The notes under the pieces: model-generated
What the model saw: the letters and a program-made list of their open reading frames with translations, nothing else
Databases searched by the model: none
What the model was told of the DNA's origin: nothing
Translations under genes and position numbers: made by a program
DNA from: an uncultured Chloroflexia bacterium
GTDB lineage: Bacteria; Chloroflexota; Limnocylindria; Limnocylindrales; CSP1-4
Assembly: GCA_963789905.1 (NCBI GenBank)
Contig: CAWBMK010000007.1
Coordinates: 780-64,779, forward strand
Direction of reading: 5' to 3'
Length of the DNA: 64,000 nucleotides
Part shown: piece by piece, positions 9,611-19,975 of the stretch
How the letters are laid out: each line of letters starts with the position of its first letter
How positions within the stretch are numbered: the first letter of the stretch is position 1

Positions 9611-10234
9611 ATGAGTGATGAGACGAAGAACACGCCGGCAGCGCCGGATCAGCCGATCGATGCCGCCGTGGCCACCGTCAGTGACGACCTCGGCGTCGAA
9701 GCCGTGGCCGGGATCGCCGTCCAGGGCAACCAGGCGCTCATCGTGGCGCAGTTCGCCGACATGGACTCCGCGAAGGCGGCCTACAACGCGTTGGTCGACG
9801 CCGAGGTCAACCGGGCGCTCGACATCGACGGCGTCCTGGTTGCGAACGCGGACTACCAGGGCAAGATCCACATCCAGAAGATGACCGACCATAAGACCCG
9901 CAACGGCTTCCTGTGGGGCGCCGTCGGCGGCGCCGTCATCGGCCTGATCTTCCCGCCGACCATCCTCGCCGGCGCAGTCGGCGTCGGCATCGCGGGTGCG
10001 GCCGTCGGCAAGGCCGGCAACGTGCTCATGAAGAGCGACGTGGCCGACGAGCTCGCCGGCGTCATCACCCCGGGCACGTCGGGCATCGTGGCGCTCGTGT
10101 CCATCACAGCGGTCGACGCCGTGGAGGCGACGATCCCGGACGCCAAGGTGGTCAAGTCCGCTCCGGTCAGCGACGAGGCCGCCGCTGCAGTCAAGCAGGC
10201 TGCGAAGGCCGGAGGCGACCAGGCGGCCGGCTGA
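9611..10234 (+). CDS. DUF1269-like membrane protein
   Basis: Paralogue of 7828 (KMTDHKTRNGFLWG, VITPGTSGIVAL). Confidence 0.8.
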   Translation: MSDETKNTPAAPDQPIDAAVATVSDDLGVEAVAGIAVQGNQALIVAQFADMDSAKAAYNALVDAEVNRALDIDGVLVANADYQGKIHIQKMTDHKTRNGFLWGAVGGAVIGLIFPPTILAGAVGVGIAGAAVGKAGNVLMKSDVADELAGVITPGTSGIVALVSITAVDAVEATIPDAKVVKSAPVSDEAAAAVKQAAKAGGDQAAG

Positions 10235-10275
10235 CGTCACTCGGCGGAAAGCCCACCGGCAGCAGAGCGAGCGAT

Positions 10276-10318
10276 GGAGGCGGCCCGGGATCGTATCGAA
10301 CGACTCGGGGCCGCCTCC
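10276..10318. terminator. GC-rich inverted repeat between convergent genes
   Basis: GGAGGCGGCCC...GGGCCGCCTCC. Confidence 0.45.
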
Positions 10319-10489
10319 GAGCCATGAGCGCGGCGTTCCCCTAAGCGCCCGCCCGAAGGTCACTCCGGGCGACGTGCAGCTGATGACTCAGGCCGACGCG
10401 GTCAATAAGGCGGTCGCCGGCGTGTTCACCGCGGACGAGCAGGCCAAGCTCCAGCAGCTCTTGCCGACGCTCAAGCGACAGCGCGTCGA

Positions 10490-10990
10490 TTAGATGGCTG
10501 GGCAAGTAGTCGCGAGCGCGGACTCGACAGCTGAAGCTGCCGTCTTGATCTGCTCGATCGCCGCCTTCACCGCGACAAGCTTTGCGCCGAGGCTCGGCTG
10601 ATCGCCGAGTCCGGTCAGCGTGGTCTGGAGTGCCTGGACGGAGCTCAGCAGATCGCCGACCGGCTGGCCGACAAGCTCGTGCCCCGACACGGCGAGGGCC
10701 TGAGCGGCCGACTGTACGTCGGTGAGCGCCGCCGTCACGCCGCTCACACCGACGGTGGCGAGCGTGATATCGGTGAGCGCGGTCACGGAGGCGCGGAATC
10801 GCGCCGCGTCCGCGCACATCGCGGCCGCGCCCGACGCGGTCGGAGCTGCCGAAACGATCGGAGCTGCCGACGTCGGCGCCGTGGCCGGGGCTGTCGGCGT
10901 GCCCGGTGTCGGCGACGAGGAAGCCGCGCAAGCGGCGACGGCGAGCGTCAAGAAGAGCACGGGGGCGAGGAGGCGAAAGTCTCTGGGCAT
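10490..10990 (-). CDS. Putative lipoprotein with Pro/Thr/Ala linker and helical domain
   Basis: Signal peptide with lipobox LAVAAC; PTPGTPTAPATAPT linker. Confidence 0.7.
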   Translation of the reverse strand: MPRDFRLLAPVLFLTLAVAACAASSSPTPGTPTAPATAPTSAAPIVSAAPTASGAAAMCADAARFRASVTALTDITLATVGVSGVTAALTDVQSAAQALAVSGHELVGQPVGDLLSSVQALQTTLTGLGDQPSLGAKLVAVKAAIEQIKTAASAVESALATTCPAI

Positions 10991-11290
10991 CGGTATTCCC
11001 TTTGGTCGGCGTGGCTTCGATGGACGAGCGTCGGTCACGAGACTGCGCGTTGGTCAGGGATCGGTGGCACGTTCGGGACGTGACGGCCGCTCGCGTGCGG
11101 CGGTCGCCTCCACGCGGTCGACCGCCGTGCCGATAACTATCTGCGGACGGCCGAGATCGGAACCCCGATCCGGGCGCGATGGACGTGACGTGAGCCAGCC
11201 GACCGCGTTTGCGACGAAGGGCCCGGTCACGTCGACATCACCGCTGGACCATCTGGACGCTGTCACGCTAGGCCGCGAACCTTCGAGCCG

Positions 11291-11311
11291 CATCCTCCCT
11301 GTCGGAGGAAG
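11291..11311. promoter_or_regulatory. Palindromic box type A, CATCCTCC-CTGTC-GGAGGAAG
   Basis: Between divergent lipoprotein and MalT-like regulator genes. Confidence 0.7.
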
Positions 11312-11456
11312 GAAGCTTGCTACGGGCGGGCAACGGCGCATGGAGACGCGGTGATCAGCGACGCGGAGCCGATGGACCGCCGTCTGGTCCTTCCGTTAGG
11401 ATGCCACCTTGACCAACGGGCTCGGTCTCTGAACCGCGCCGCCAGCCGGTAGACGC

Positions 11457-13915
11457 ATGCCCCCTTCCACTTCCCCTGTCGAGATCGAACCGATCGAGCT
11501 TGGAAGCCTCGCAAGCGGCGACAGCGCCGGCGGCCTGCTCGATCCTCTCCTCGAGGCGAGGCTCGTCATGCCGCGCCGGCCTGTCGGGACATTGCGCCGG
11601 ACGAGGCTGTTGCGCCAGATCCGGTCAACCCGACGACCTGTCATCTCGATGGTCGCGCCACCCGGCTACGGCAAGTCGAGCCTCCTCGTCCAGTGGGCGA
11701 CGGAAGACTCCGCGCCGGTCGCCTGGCTGACGGCCGACGAAAGTGATAGCGACCCGGTCGCGTTCCTGACCGATCTTGCGACGGCGGTCGACCGCTGCGT
11801 ACCGCTCGGTGCGGAGCTCTTCAGGGCGATCGCGGCGGTCACGGTGTCGCACCGGACCGTGGTCGGGCGATTGCTGGCAGCGATGTCCCGACCCCCGGAG
11901 CGGGTCCGGATCGCCATCGACGACGTGCACCGGATCACCTCACGGGCGAGCCTCGACATCCTTGCGGAGCTCGTCGAACACCTGCCCGAGGGGTCGCAGG
12001 TGGCCATCGCGGGACGCGCCCGGATGCGCCTCCCGTTCGCCCGCTGGCGCGCCGAGGGTTCACTGCTCGAGATCGGTCCCACGGAGCTGGCGATGGACGA
12101 GCGTGAGGCCGTCGGACTGGGACGCGAACTCGGGCTGCGGCTGCCGGCCGAAACCGCCACGCGCCTGACGCGAGAGACCGAAGGGTGGCCGGCTCTGCTG
12201 GCGCTCGCGATCCTGGGAGCCCGGACGTCTCGGGAGGGATCTCGATAGGAGCGACGCCGGCACTGACCACCTCATCGACGACTATCTGCGATCCGAGGTG
12301 CTCGAGCGCCGATCCACGGCCGAGATCACGTTCATGACCCGCACGTCGATCCTCGACCAGCTGCCCGCGCCGCTGTGCGATGTCGTGGCGGATCGACAAG
12401 GGTCGACCGATGTCCTGCGGCGACCTTGCAGGCTCGACTCTGCTGATGGACGACTACGGCGGGTCATACCGCTACCACACGCTCCTGCGCGACTTCCTCC
12501 AGCGGGAACTCGCGATCCGCGAGCCTGATCGGGTGACGGCCCTGCACGGGCGAGCCGCCGCGTGGTACCGGGCGAACCACGCCATCGAGCGTGCCGTCGA
12601 TCACGCCTTCGCGGCAGGGGACTCCGATCTCGTCGCCACGCTGGTCGGCAACGGCTTCGTCCAATTCCACTGGTCCGGCCACCGTGCGACGATCCGAGCA
12701 TGGGCCCGGCGTTTGGGTTTGGACGTTCTAAAGGCACACCCATGGCTGGCCGTGCTGGCAGCCTGGGAGGAGATCGCCGCGGGCGATGTCGCCGCTGCGA
12801 TGCGCTTCGCGGATGTAGCCGAGCGCGGAGCGTTCGAGGGAAGTCCGCCCGATGGCACGGCCTCATTCGAGTCAGGGAGGGCCATGCTCCGGGCCGGCAC
12901 GATCCGCCAGGGAGCCGAGGACGCGCTGGCGAACGCCACTCGAGCAGTCGAACTCGAAGGGGACCACGGCATGTGGCGCGGCTTCGCGCTATGGCAGATG
13001 GCCTTCGCCCGCCTCACGATCGGCGATGCGGCCGGCGCGGACGCGGCCTTGGCCGCCGCGGCCGTCGCGGCCCGATCATCGGGTGACGCCGCGATCTGGT
13101 ACTGCGTGCTCGGACACCGCGCTCTCGTGGCCGCCGAACAGGGGGCCTGGGATGCCGCGGCTGCCTCTATCGCGGAGAGCGATGCGATCACCCCGGCTCC
13201 GCAGATAGACGGGTATCTGTCGAGCGTTCCGTCTCGGGCGGTCCGCATCAAGCTGATGATCCATGGCGGCGACATCGCCGGTGCACGTCGCGAGCTCGCT
13301 CGAGCGACCAGCCTGCGACCACTCCTGACTGCCGCTGCGCCGGCTGGAGCGGTCCAGCTCCTTCTCGCGTTCGCCCGCGCCCATGTCGCGATCGACGACC
13401 CGGCCGGCGCACGCGCCCTCGTTGCCCAGGCGAACGACGTGATCCGCGATCGGCCCGATCTGGGCGTCCTCCCTGCCGAGGTGGACGCCTTCCAGGGGCT
13501 CCTGCACGCACGGGCGCCCGTGCGCGGCGGGGGCGCCACGAGCCTCTCGGTCGCCGAGCTCCGCGTCCTGTCATTCCTGCCGTATTACCTCTCGTTCAAG
13601 GAGATCGGGCAGCGCCTCGGCGTCAAGGAGACGACGATCAAGTCGCAAGCGCTTGCGATCTACCAGAAGCTGGGCGCGGCGACCCGCAGCGACGCTGTCG
13701 ACCTGGCCGTCGACGCCGGACTCCTCGAGCGCTTCTGGCCGGCCGAGGCGACCCCGCCGCGAACGAAGATCACCTTCCAGGGGCTGAATGCACGGGACCG
13801 AGCGTCTCCTCCGAAGGGGAGGATGCTCCCGCTGTCAGGAAGGGCCGAAATGGACGTGCGCTCGACCCTGGCAGCGGGCGTGAGGCCATGGCATTCAGTC
13901 CTCCCGTGCCGGTGA
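11457..13915 (+). CDS. MalT-like STAND ATPase/TPR/LuxR regulator 1, frameshifts ~12250 and ~12420; true stop probably near 13.8 kb
   Basis: Walker A APPGYGKS, IAIDDVHRI, TEGWPALL, YRYHTLLRDFL, C-terminal LSVAELRVLSFLPYYLSFKEIGQRLGVKETTIKSQ. Confidence 0.85.
13805..13825. promoter_or_regulatory. Palindromic box type A, TCTCCTCC-GAAGG-GGAGGATG
   Basis: Upstream of the MFS gene; near-identical to 7642. Confidence 0.65.
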
Positions 13916-14050
13916 GCTCCGATAGGGACCACATCGATGACTGAGGGTGAGTCTTCGAGCACAGGAGGGGATCTCGGGCCGGATGCGATCTTCCTCAATG
14001 AAGTCGGGGAGGTCGTGACGACTGCCCGTAGCCGGCGCGAGGTGTAATCG

Positions 14051-15685
14051 ATGAATCGAAAGTCAGCCCTGATCGCACTCGCAGGCGCGCAGTTCGTGAT
14101 GGTCCTCGACCAGACGGTCATGGGGGTCTCGATCAGCCAGCTGGTGGCCGACTTCGACACGACCGTCACGACGATCCAGGCGATCATCACGCTGTACTGC
14201 CTTGTCATGGCGATGCTGATGCTCGCGGGCGGCAAGATCGGCGACATCATCGGGCGCCGTCGCGCCTTCAAGATCGGCCTCGTCATCTACGGCTGCGGCT
14301 CCGCCATGACGGCGCTCGCCCCGACGGTGGCGATCCTCACCCTCGGCTGGTCGATCCTCGAGGGCATCGGCGCCTCCCTCGTGCTGCCCGCGATGGTCGC
14401 CCTGATCGCCGGCAACTTCGAGGGCAAGGACCGCAAGGTCGCCTACGCAGTCATCGGGGGCGTCGCCGGCGCCGGGATCGCGGTCGGTCCGATCCTCGGG
14501 GGCTGGGCGACCACGGTGCTCAGCTGGCGGGTCGTCTTCGCTGGCGAGGTCGTCCTCGTGATCGGGATCTTCGCCATGACCCGGTTCGTCGCGGACGCCC
14601 TCCGGAGCGGCCCGAAGCCCCGGCTCGACATCGTCGGTGCTGTCCTGTCGGCCACCGGTCTCGGGCTGATCGTCCTGGGGACCCTCCAATCCAGTGTCTG
14701 GGGCCTGATCCAGCCGAAGGACGCGCCGGTCGAGCCCTTCGGCCTTGCTCCGACCCTCTTCGTGATCGCCGCCGGCGGGGTCCTGTTGTGGGCGTTCGTG
14801 GGCTGGCAGCGGCACCGCGAGGCGATCGGGAGCGACCCGCTGGTCCACCTCGACCTGCTCAAGATCCTCCCGCTCCGATCGGGCCTCGTCGGCCTCTTCA
14901 CGCAGAACCTTCTGCTGATGGGCGTCTTCTTCACCATCCCCCTCTATCTCCAGCTCGTCCTCGGCCTCGACGCCCTCCAGACGGGCCTCAAGATGCTGCC
15001 GGTCTCGATCGCGATGTTCGCTGCGTCCGCCGCTGGGTCGCGACTTTCGACCCGCTACTCCGTGCGTTCGATCACGAGGACTGGGCTCATCCTCTCCGGC
15101 ATCGCGTGCGTCATGCTGCTGGCGACAATCAAGCCCGATCTCGCCGATCTCGCCTTCGCTGCGTCGATGGGCGTGCTGGGTGCCGGGATGGGGCTGATGG
15201 CGTCGCAGCTCGGCCTCGTGGTCCAGTCGTCGGTCGACGCCTCGGGTCGCGGCGAGGCCGGCGGGCTGCAGTTCACCGGGCAGCAGCTGGGCTCGTCTCT
15301 CGGGGTCGCCCTCATCGGCGCGATCGTCCTTGCCGGGCTGACGACCACCTTCGTCTCGAGCATCCAGGCGGACTCCCGCATCAGCGAGGAGGTCGCGGCA
15401 CAGGTCGGGACCGAGGTGAGCTCCGGGATCGACTTCGTCTCGTCTGCGGCCGTCGAGGCGGCCGCTCAGAAGGCCGGGCTCGACGCGGCCACCACGGCGG
15501 CGATCGTCGACGACTACGAGCAGGCCCAGCTCCGGTCGCTGAAGGCCGGCCTTCTGGCGGCGGCGCTCCTGGCCCTCGTCTCGCTCGCGTTCACCGGCGG
15601 CCTGCCGGGGAAAGTGCCGATAAGCACGGCAGCGCCTGGCGAAGACGCGGCCGCCCCCGACACGGTCGCGCCGGCAGCGGCATAG
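14051..15685 (+). CDS. MFS transporter, DHA2/EmrB-like 14-TMS
   Basis: AQFVMVLDQT, GGKIGDIIGRRR, GIAVGPILGGW. Confidence 0.9.
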   Translation: MNRKSALIALAGAQFVMVLDQTVMGVSISQLVADFDTTVTTIQAIITLYCLVMAMLMLAGGKIGDIIGRRRAFKIGLVIYGCGSAMTALAPTVAILTLGWSILEGIGASLVLPAMVALIAGNFEGKDRKVAYAVIGGVAGAGIAVGPILGGWATTVLSWRVVFAGEVVLVIGIFAMTRFVADALRSGPKPRLDIVGAVLSATGLGLIVLGTLQSSVWGLIQPKDAPVEPFGLAPTLFVIAAGGVLLWAFVGWQRHREAIGSDPLVHLDLLKILPLRSGLVGLFTQNLLLMGVFFTIPLYLQLVLGLDALQTGLKMLPVSIAMFAASAAGSRLSTRYSVRSITRTGLILSGIACVMLLATIKPDLADLAFAASMGVLGAGMGLMASQLGLVVQSSVDASGRGEAGGLQFTGQQLGSSLGVALIGAIVLAGLTTTFVSSIQADSRISEEVAAQVGTEVSSGIDFVSSAAVEAAAQKAGLDAATTAAIVDDYEQAQLRSLKAGLLAAALLALVSLAFTGGLPGKVPISTAAPGEDAAAPDTVAPAAA

Positions 15686-15763
15686 CTGAGGATCGGGCGC
15701 GCCCGTCCGTTCGCGGTCGCTGCGTTTCCCGCAACGTCGGCCCCCACTGGCCATGGCGCTCGG

Positions 15764-15795
15764 GGATGATCGGTCTTCATCCGTCAAGGAGGATG
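15764..15795. promoter_or_regulatory. Overlapping boxes GGATGA-N7-TCATCC (15764-15782) and CTTCATCC-N5-GGAGGATG (15775-15795)
   Basis: ~100 bp upstream of a DUF1269-like gene. Confidence 0.6.
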
Positions 15796-15894
15796 CGCGG
15801 GGCGCCGTCGACGAGCCTACTCTGGCGCCACCCCGAGCCGGACCTGCCACGCAGAGGGCGATGAGGTCTACCCGTCGGTCGAAGGGAGTTGACG

Positions 15895-16422
15895 ATGCTC
15901 CGACAGTTGGTCCTGGCGATCTTCGCCGACGAGGCGTCCGCGGACGCTGCGGCCGATGGGCTCAACCGGTGGGCGGAACAGGAAGCCGCGGCCAAGATGC
16001 TCGATACGCAACAGATCCAGGCGATGGGCGTCCTCGTACTCGACGAGAACGGCAAACTCAAGACCGAGAAGCTCGGCCCGCGAAGCATCGGGTTAGGCGT
16101 CGGGATCGGAGTCATCCTCGCGATGCTCACCCCGGTGGGCATGGCAGTCGGGATCATCGGCGGCGGGATCCTTGGCGCTCTCCACCACAGGAGCCTGTTC
16201 ATCTCCAAGGACGATCGAGAGCGCCTCGGTCGCGAGCTGCAGGGGGGCAAGGCCGCGCTCGGGGTGATGACCGACAAGATCAGCGCGCCGGCCATCTCCG
16301 CCGAGCTCGCCGCCCTCGGCGGTCGAGCCGAGACCCATGAGCTCGACGACAGCGCTGTCGCTGAGCTCGACGCCGCTTTAGGGGCGGCTCCGGCCGACGC
16401 GTCCGCGAACACGACCGCATGA
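15895..16422 (+). CDS. DUF1269-like membrane protein
   Basis: AAGGGAG RBS; LVLAIFADEASA, MGVLVLDENGKLK, LQGGKAALGV. Confidence 0.7.
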   Translation: MLRQLVLAIFADEASADAAADGLNRWAEQEAAAKMLDTQQIQAMGVLVLDENGKLKTEKLGPRSIGLGVGIGVILAMLTPVGMAVGIIGGGILGALHHRSLFISKDDRERLGRELQGGKAALGVMTDKISAPAISAELAALGGRAETHELDDSAVAELDAALGAAPADASANTTA

Positions 16423-16477
16423 CGGGTTCGCCGCGGTTCGATACCCAAGATCGGCCGCGAAACGTAGATTCGCACTG

Positions 16478-17171
16478 ATGGAGCCCGACCGACGCCCCGA
16501 TGAGACCGTGGCCGACCAGCCTATCGGGCGATCGGTGCGCGACCGTCGCACGTCGCGAGCCGCCGATGTCCTTCCCCTCGACCGGTTCAACGCGTTCACC
16601 GACGGCGTCTTTGCGATCGCGATCACGCTGCTCGTGCTCGAGCTCTCGGTCCCGGCTGTCGGCGGTCGCCTCTTGCCGGCGCTCGGTGAGCAGTGGCAGG
16701 AGTTCCTCGGCTACCTGATCAGCTTCGTGTTCATCGGCGGGATCTGGGTCAGCCACGCCGGGATGACGAAGCTGATGCGGCACGCCGACACCCTGGCGTA
16801 CGGGATCGACCTGCTGATGCTGCTGTTCGTCGGCGTCCTCCCGTTCTCGACCAACCTGATGGTCACCCATCTGTCGGGTCCGGACGTGGAGGCCGCGGTC
16901 ATCATCTACGGGGTCAACGTGCTCCTGGCGTCGCTCTGCCTGAGCCTGCTGATGTTCTACATCGCCAGCGAGCGGTCGCTCGTCATCGACGGGGTCGCCG
17001 ACGAGACCCTGGAGGGCGAAGGTCCGTCAGCGGTGGATCGTGATCGCCCTGAATGTCGCTGCGATCGCGCTTGCCGTCGTCGCACCGATCGCTGCCGTCG
17101 GGGTGTATCTGGTCATGACGTTCCTCGCGCTCGCCCTGCCGCTGATCCACCTTCGTCGGCGCCGGCACTAG
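16478..17171 (+). CDS. TMEM175 (DUF1211) family potassium channel, frameshift ~17015
   Basis: RFNAFTDGVFAIAITLLVLEL signature; YLISFVFIGGIWVSH. Confidence 0.85.
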
Positions 17172-17352
17172 GACTCCCCGGTCGGCGTGAACGGCCCGCC
17201 CGGCACGCTGTCTGGCCCCAGGCCGCGTGTCCCTGGAGCGAGTGGGTCGATTTGGCCTTGAGGAGGAAGTTGGCCGCCGGTTCGTTCAGGGAGAGGATCC
17301 GGGTCATCCGCTCAGCGCACCGGCCGGGTGGTGACACGCAGGAGAAATCGAC

Positions 17353-18051
17353 ATGGGGATGGACGCAAACCAGGACGACGTGACGACGGACGAGCCGGCG
17401 TTCGCCACCCCGGTGCTCGGTGAGTCGCGCTGGCCGATGGCGATCGCAGTCCTCGTCCTTATGACCGCCGCCCTCATCGCCCCGCCACGGCTGACCATCC
17501 TGCCCGGCTGGCTCCTCGCGGCGACCGAGGGTCTCCTGCTCCTCGCGCTCATCGTCGAGGATCCCGGCCGCATCGACCGGACCGGGCCGTGGCAGCGGCG
17601 AACGTCGATCGCGCTCGTGGTCGTGATCCTCGCCAGCACCCTCGGAGCCACGGCGCTCCTCATCTACGACCTCATGACCGGATCGCCACTGACGAGTCAG
17701 GCCGACCAGCTCCTGCTCGCCGGGGCGAAGGTCTGGCTCGGCAACAACATCGCCTTCGCGTTCCTCTACTGGGAGTTCGACGCCGGCGGGCCGGCCGTCC
17801 GCGCCCACGGGATGCCCCGCTATCCCGACCTCGCGTTCCCCCAGCAGCTCAACCCGGAGTTGGCGCCGCCTGATTGGCGGCCCCAGTTCATCGACTACCT
17901 CTACGTGGGCTTCACGACCGCCAACGCCTTCAGCCCGACGGACACGATGCCGATGGTCCACTGGACCAAGGTGGCGATGGGCACGCAGGCGCTCATCTCC
18001 TTCGTCGTGGTCGGCCTCGTCCTCGCCCGCGCCGTCAACGTCTTCACGTGA
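17353..18051 (+). CDS. DUF1345-like membrane protein
   Basis: FAFLYWEFDAGGP, DLAFPQQ, FIDYLYVGFTTANAFSPTD. Confidence 0.75.
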   Translation: MGMDANQDDVTTDEPAFATPVLGESRWPMAIAVLVLMTAALIAPPRLTILPGWLLAATEGLLLLALIVEDPGRIDRTGPWQRRTSIALVVVILASTLGATALLIYDLMTGSPLTSQADQLLLAGAKVWLGNNIAFAFLYWEFDAGGPAVRAHGMPRYPDLAFPQQLNPELAPPDWRPQFIDYLYVGFTTANAFSPTDTMPMVHWTKVAMGTQALISFVVVGLVLARAVNVFT

Positions 18052-18156
18052 TCGGGCCCTCCGACGACGCGTGTGGCCGTGGAGCGATGACGGCTGGGGT
18101 CGCGCCAGTAGAGCGCCGCGCCGCTGATGATGGCCAGGGCTGCGACGATGGGAAAT

Positions 18157-18208
18157 TGGAGAGCGACTGCTCACGAGGGTTGACGGCAGGCGTACCACGT
18201 GTGGATGG
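18157..18208. repeat. 52-bp direct repeat (left), orphan copy of the cupin gene 3' end
   Basis: TGGAGAGCGACTGCTC(A/C)CGAGGGTTGACGGCAGGCGT(-/C)ACCACGTGTGGATGG also at 21309-21361. Confidence 0.9.
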
Positions 18209-18278
18209 CTCGGCCGACTGGGCCATGCCGTCGGGCCCGGGGGCTCGGTCGGGGCTCTGAGCCGGAAGACCCGGACGT

Positions 18279-18920
18279 TCAGCGCGAGAAGGTCAGGTGC
18301 GTGATCCCGCTCGGGGCGACTTCCGACGTCACGCTGTAGCCGTCCTCGAACCCGCGGAGGTCGTCCCAGAGCCGGACGCCGCGGCCGAGCAGGATCGGGA
18401 CGATGGCGACGTGGAGCCGGTCGACGAGTCCTGCCTTGAGGAACTCGCGGACCACGGTCGGGCCGCCGCCGATCCGCACGTCCTTGCCGCCCGCGGCCTC
18501 CAGCGCGAGGTCGAGCGCCTCGCGGGGCGTCGCGGAGAGGAAGTGGAAGGTCGTGCCGCCCGCCATCTCGAGCACCGGGCGCGGGGTGTGGGTGAGGACG
18601 AACACCGGGACACGGAACGGAGGCTCGTCGCCCCACCAGCCGCGCCAGTCCGGATCGTCCGCGGCGGCGTGGAGCCCGAACATGCCGGCGCCCATGATCT
18701 CCGCGCCGACCTCGGCGAAGTACGCCTGCGCGTACTCGTCGTCGACGCCGGTCGTCCCCTCGCCGGACGTGTCGTGCAGCACGCGGGCCCGGAACGTGCG
18801 CGTCGCGGTGTAGGCCTCGACGAGGCGCGCCCAGTCGGGCCCGAACGGGTTCTCGCGCGTCTGGTCGGTCGTTGTCGCGAAGCCGTCCAGGGAGATGTTC
18901 AGGTCAACACGCACGGCCAT
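18279..18920 (-). CDS. Dihydrofolate reductase family / RibD C-terminal domain protein
   Basis: NISLDGF, GAEIMGAGMF, PVFVLTH, VRIGGGPTVVREFL, IVPILLGRG. Confidence 0.9.
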   Translation of the reverse strand: MAVRVDLNISLDGFATTTDQTRENPFGPDWARLVEAYTATRTFRARVLHDTSGEGTTGVDDEYAQAYFAEVGAEIMGAGMFGLHAAADDPDWRGWWGDEPPFRVPVFVLTHTPRPVLEMAGGTTFHFLSATPREALDLALEAAGGKDVRIGGGPTVVREFLKAGLVDRLHVAIVPILLGRGVRLWDDLRGFEDGYSVTSEVAPSGITHLTFSR

Positions 18921-19040
18921 CGACGTCCTCCGAGGTGACTGCTTGCGCACTCGCTTCAGTATGCCAATCGTCTGTGCCAATCGTCTCGCCGGCTACCGAG
19001 CGCGCCCGGAGTCGGCCATCCCCAGCTTCCTGGATCCCCC

Positions 19041-19088
19041 TTGCATTCGCCGATTCGTTGGTGCATACTGAACCGTATGGTTCAGTAT
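19041..19088 (+). promoter_or_regulatory. Promoter TTGCAT-N17-CATACT with ArsR operator ATACTGAACC-N4-GGTTCAGTAT (19065-19088) spanning the start codon
   Basis: Perfect 10-bp inverted repeat. Confidence 0.75.
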
Positions 19089-19442
19089 CCGAGCGGCCGA
19101 CTCGATGCCTCCTTCGCCGCGCTCTCGGACGCCACCCGACGCGGCGTTCTGGAGCAGCTCGGACGTGCCGACGCTTCGATCACGGATCTGGCCCAAACGT
19201 TCCACATGACCCTCACGGGCATGAGGAAGCACGTCGGCGTCCTGGAGCAGGCCGAGCTCGTCACCACGGAGAAGGTCGGGCGCGTGCGGACTTGCCGGCT
19301 CGGCCCGCGCCGACTCGAAGAAGAGACGGCATGGATCGAGCGGTACCGCCAGCTCTGGGACGCACGCTTCGACGAGTTGGACAAGGTTGTCGAGGAACTG
19401 AAACGGAAGGAGAAGGTCGATGGACGCAACAAGAGAGAGTGA
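19077..19442 (+). CDS. ArsR family regulator (SRPBCC-associated)
   Basis: FAALSDATRRGVLEQL, LTGMRKHVGVLEQA, KVGRVRTC. Confidence 0.9.
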   Translation: MVQYPSGRLDASFAALSDATRRGVLEQLGRADASITDLAQTFHMTLTGMRKHVGVLEQAELVTTEKVGRVRTCRLGPRRLEEETAWIERYRQLWDARFDELDKVVEELKRKEKVDGRNKRE

Positions 19443-19935
19443 GGTTGCCCCCATGAAGAACCGTACGACGGTGGAGCGGAAGTCCGAGCGTGAGCTCGTC
19501 GTCACGCGAACTTTCAACGGCCCGGCGCGCCTCGTGTTCGAGGCGTGGACCAAGCCCGAGCTGTTCAGGCAGTGGTGGGTGCCGAAGTCGATGGGAATGT
19601 CCCTGCTTTCCTGCGAAATGGATGTTCGTGTCGGGGGCAGGTACCGTTTGGAGTTCGCACACGGGGACTCACAGTCGGCGTTCTTCGGCACGTACAAGGA
19701 AGTGACACCGCACTCGCGCCTCGTCTGGACCAATGAGGAAAGTGACGAGGGTTCCGTCACGACGGTGACCTTCGCGGAAGAAGGCGGCAAGACGTTGCTG
19801 GTCATGCACGAGCTCTATCCCTCGAAGGAAGCTCTCGACGCCGCCGGCACCGGGGCGGCGGATGCGATGGGAGAGACGTTCGAGCAACTGGACGAGCTTC
19901 TCGTCACCCTGGGCGCGAGCGAGGGACGGTCATGA
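19420..19935 (+). CDS. SRPBCC / AHSA1-like domain protein
   Basis: LVVTRTFNGPARLVFEAWT, MDVRVGGRYR. Confidence 0.9.
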   Translation: MDATRESEVAPMKNRTTVERKSERELVVTRTFNGPARLVFEAWTKPELFRQWWVPKSMGMSLLSCEMDVRVGGRYRLEFAHGDSQSAFFGTYKEVTPHSRLVWTNEESDEGSVTTVTFAEEGGKTLLVMHELYPSKEALDAAGTGAADAMGETFEQLDELLVTLGASEGRS

Positions 19936-19975
19936 AGTCGTCGATCGCGGCAAACCACAAGCGGAAGGAGCCCAC

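Noticed and set aside
10383-10493. 36-codon ORF MTQADAVNKAVAGVFTADEQAKLQQLLPTLKRQRVD, possibly a MarR C-terminal relic
   Set aside because: Too short to support by eye; no RBS or recognisable upstream part
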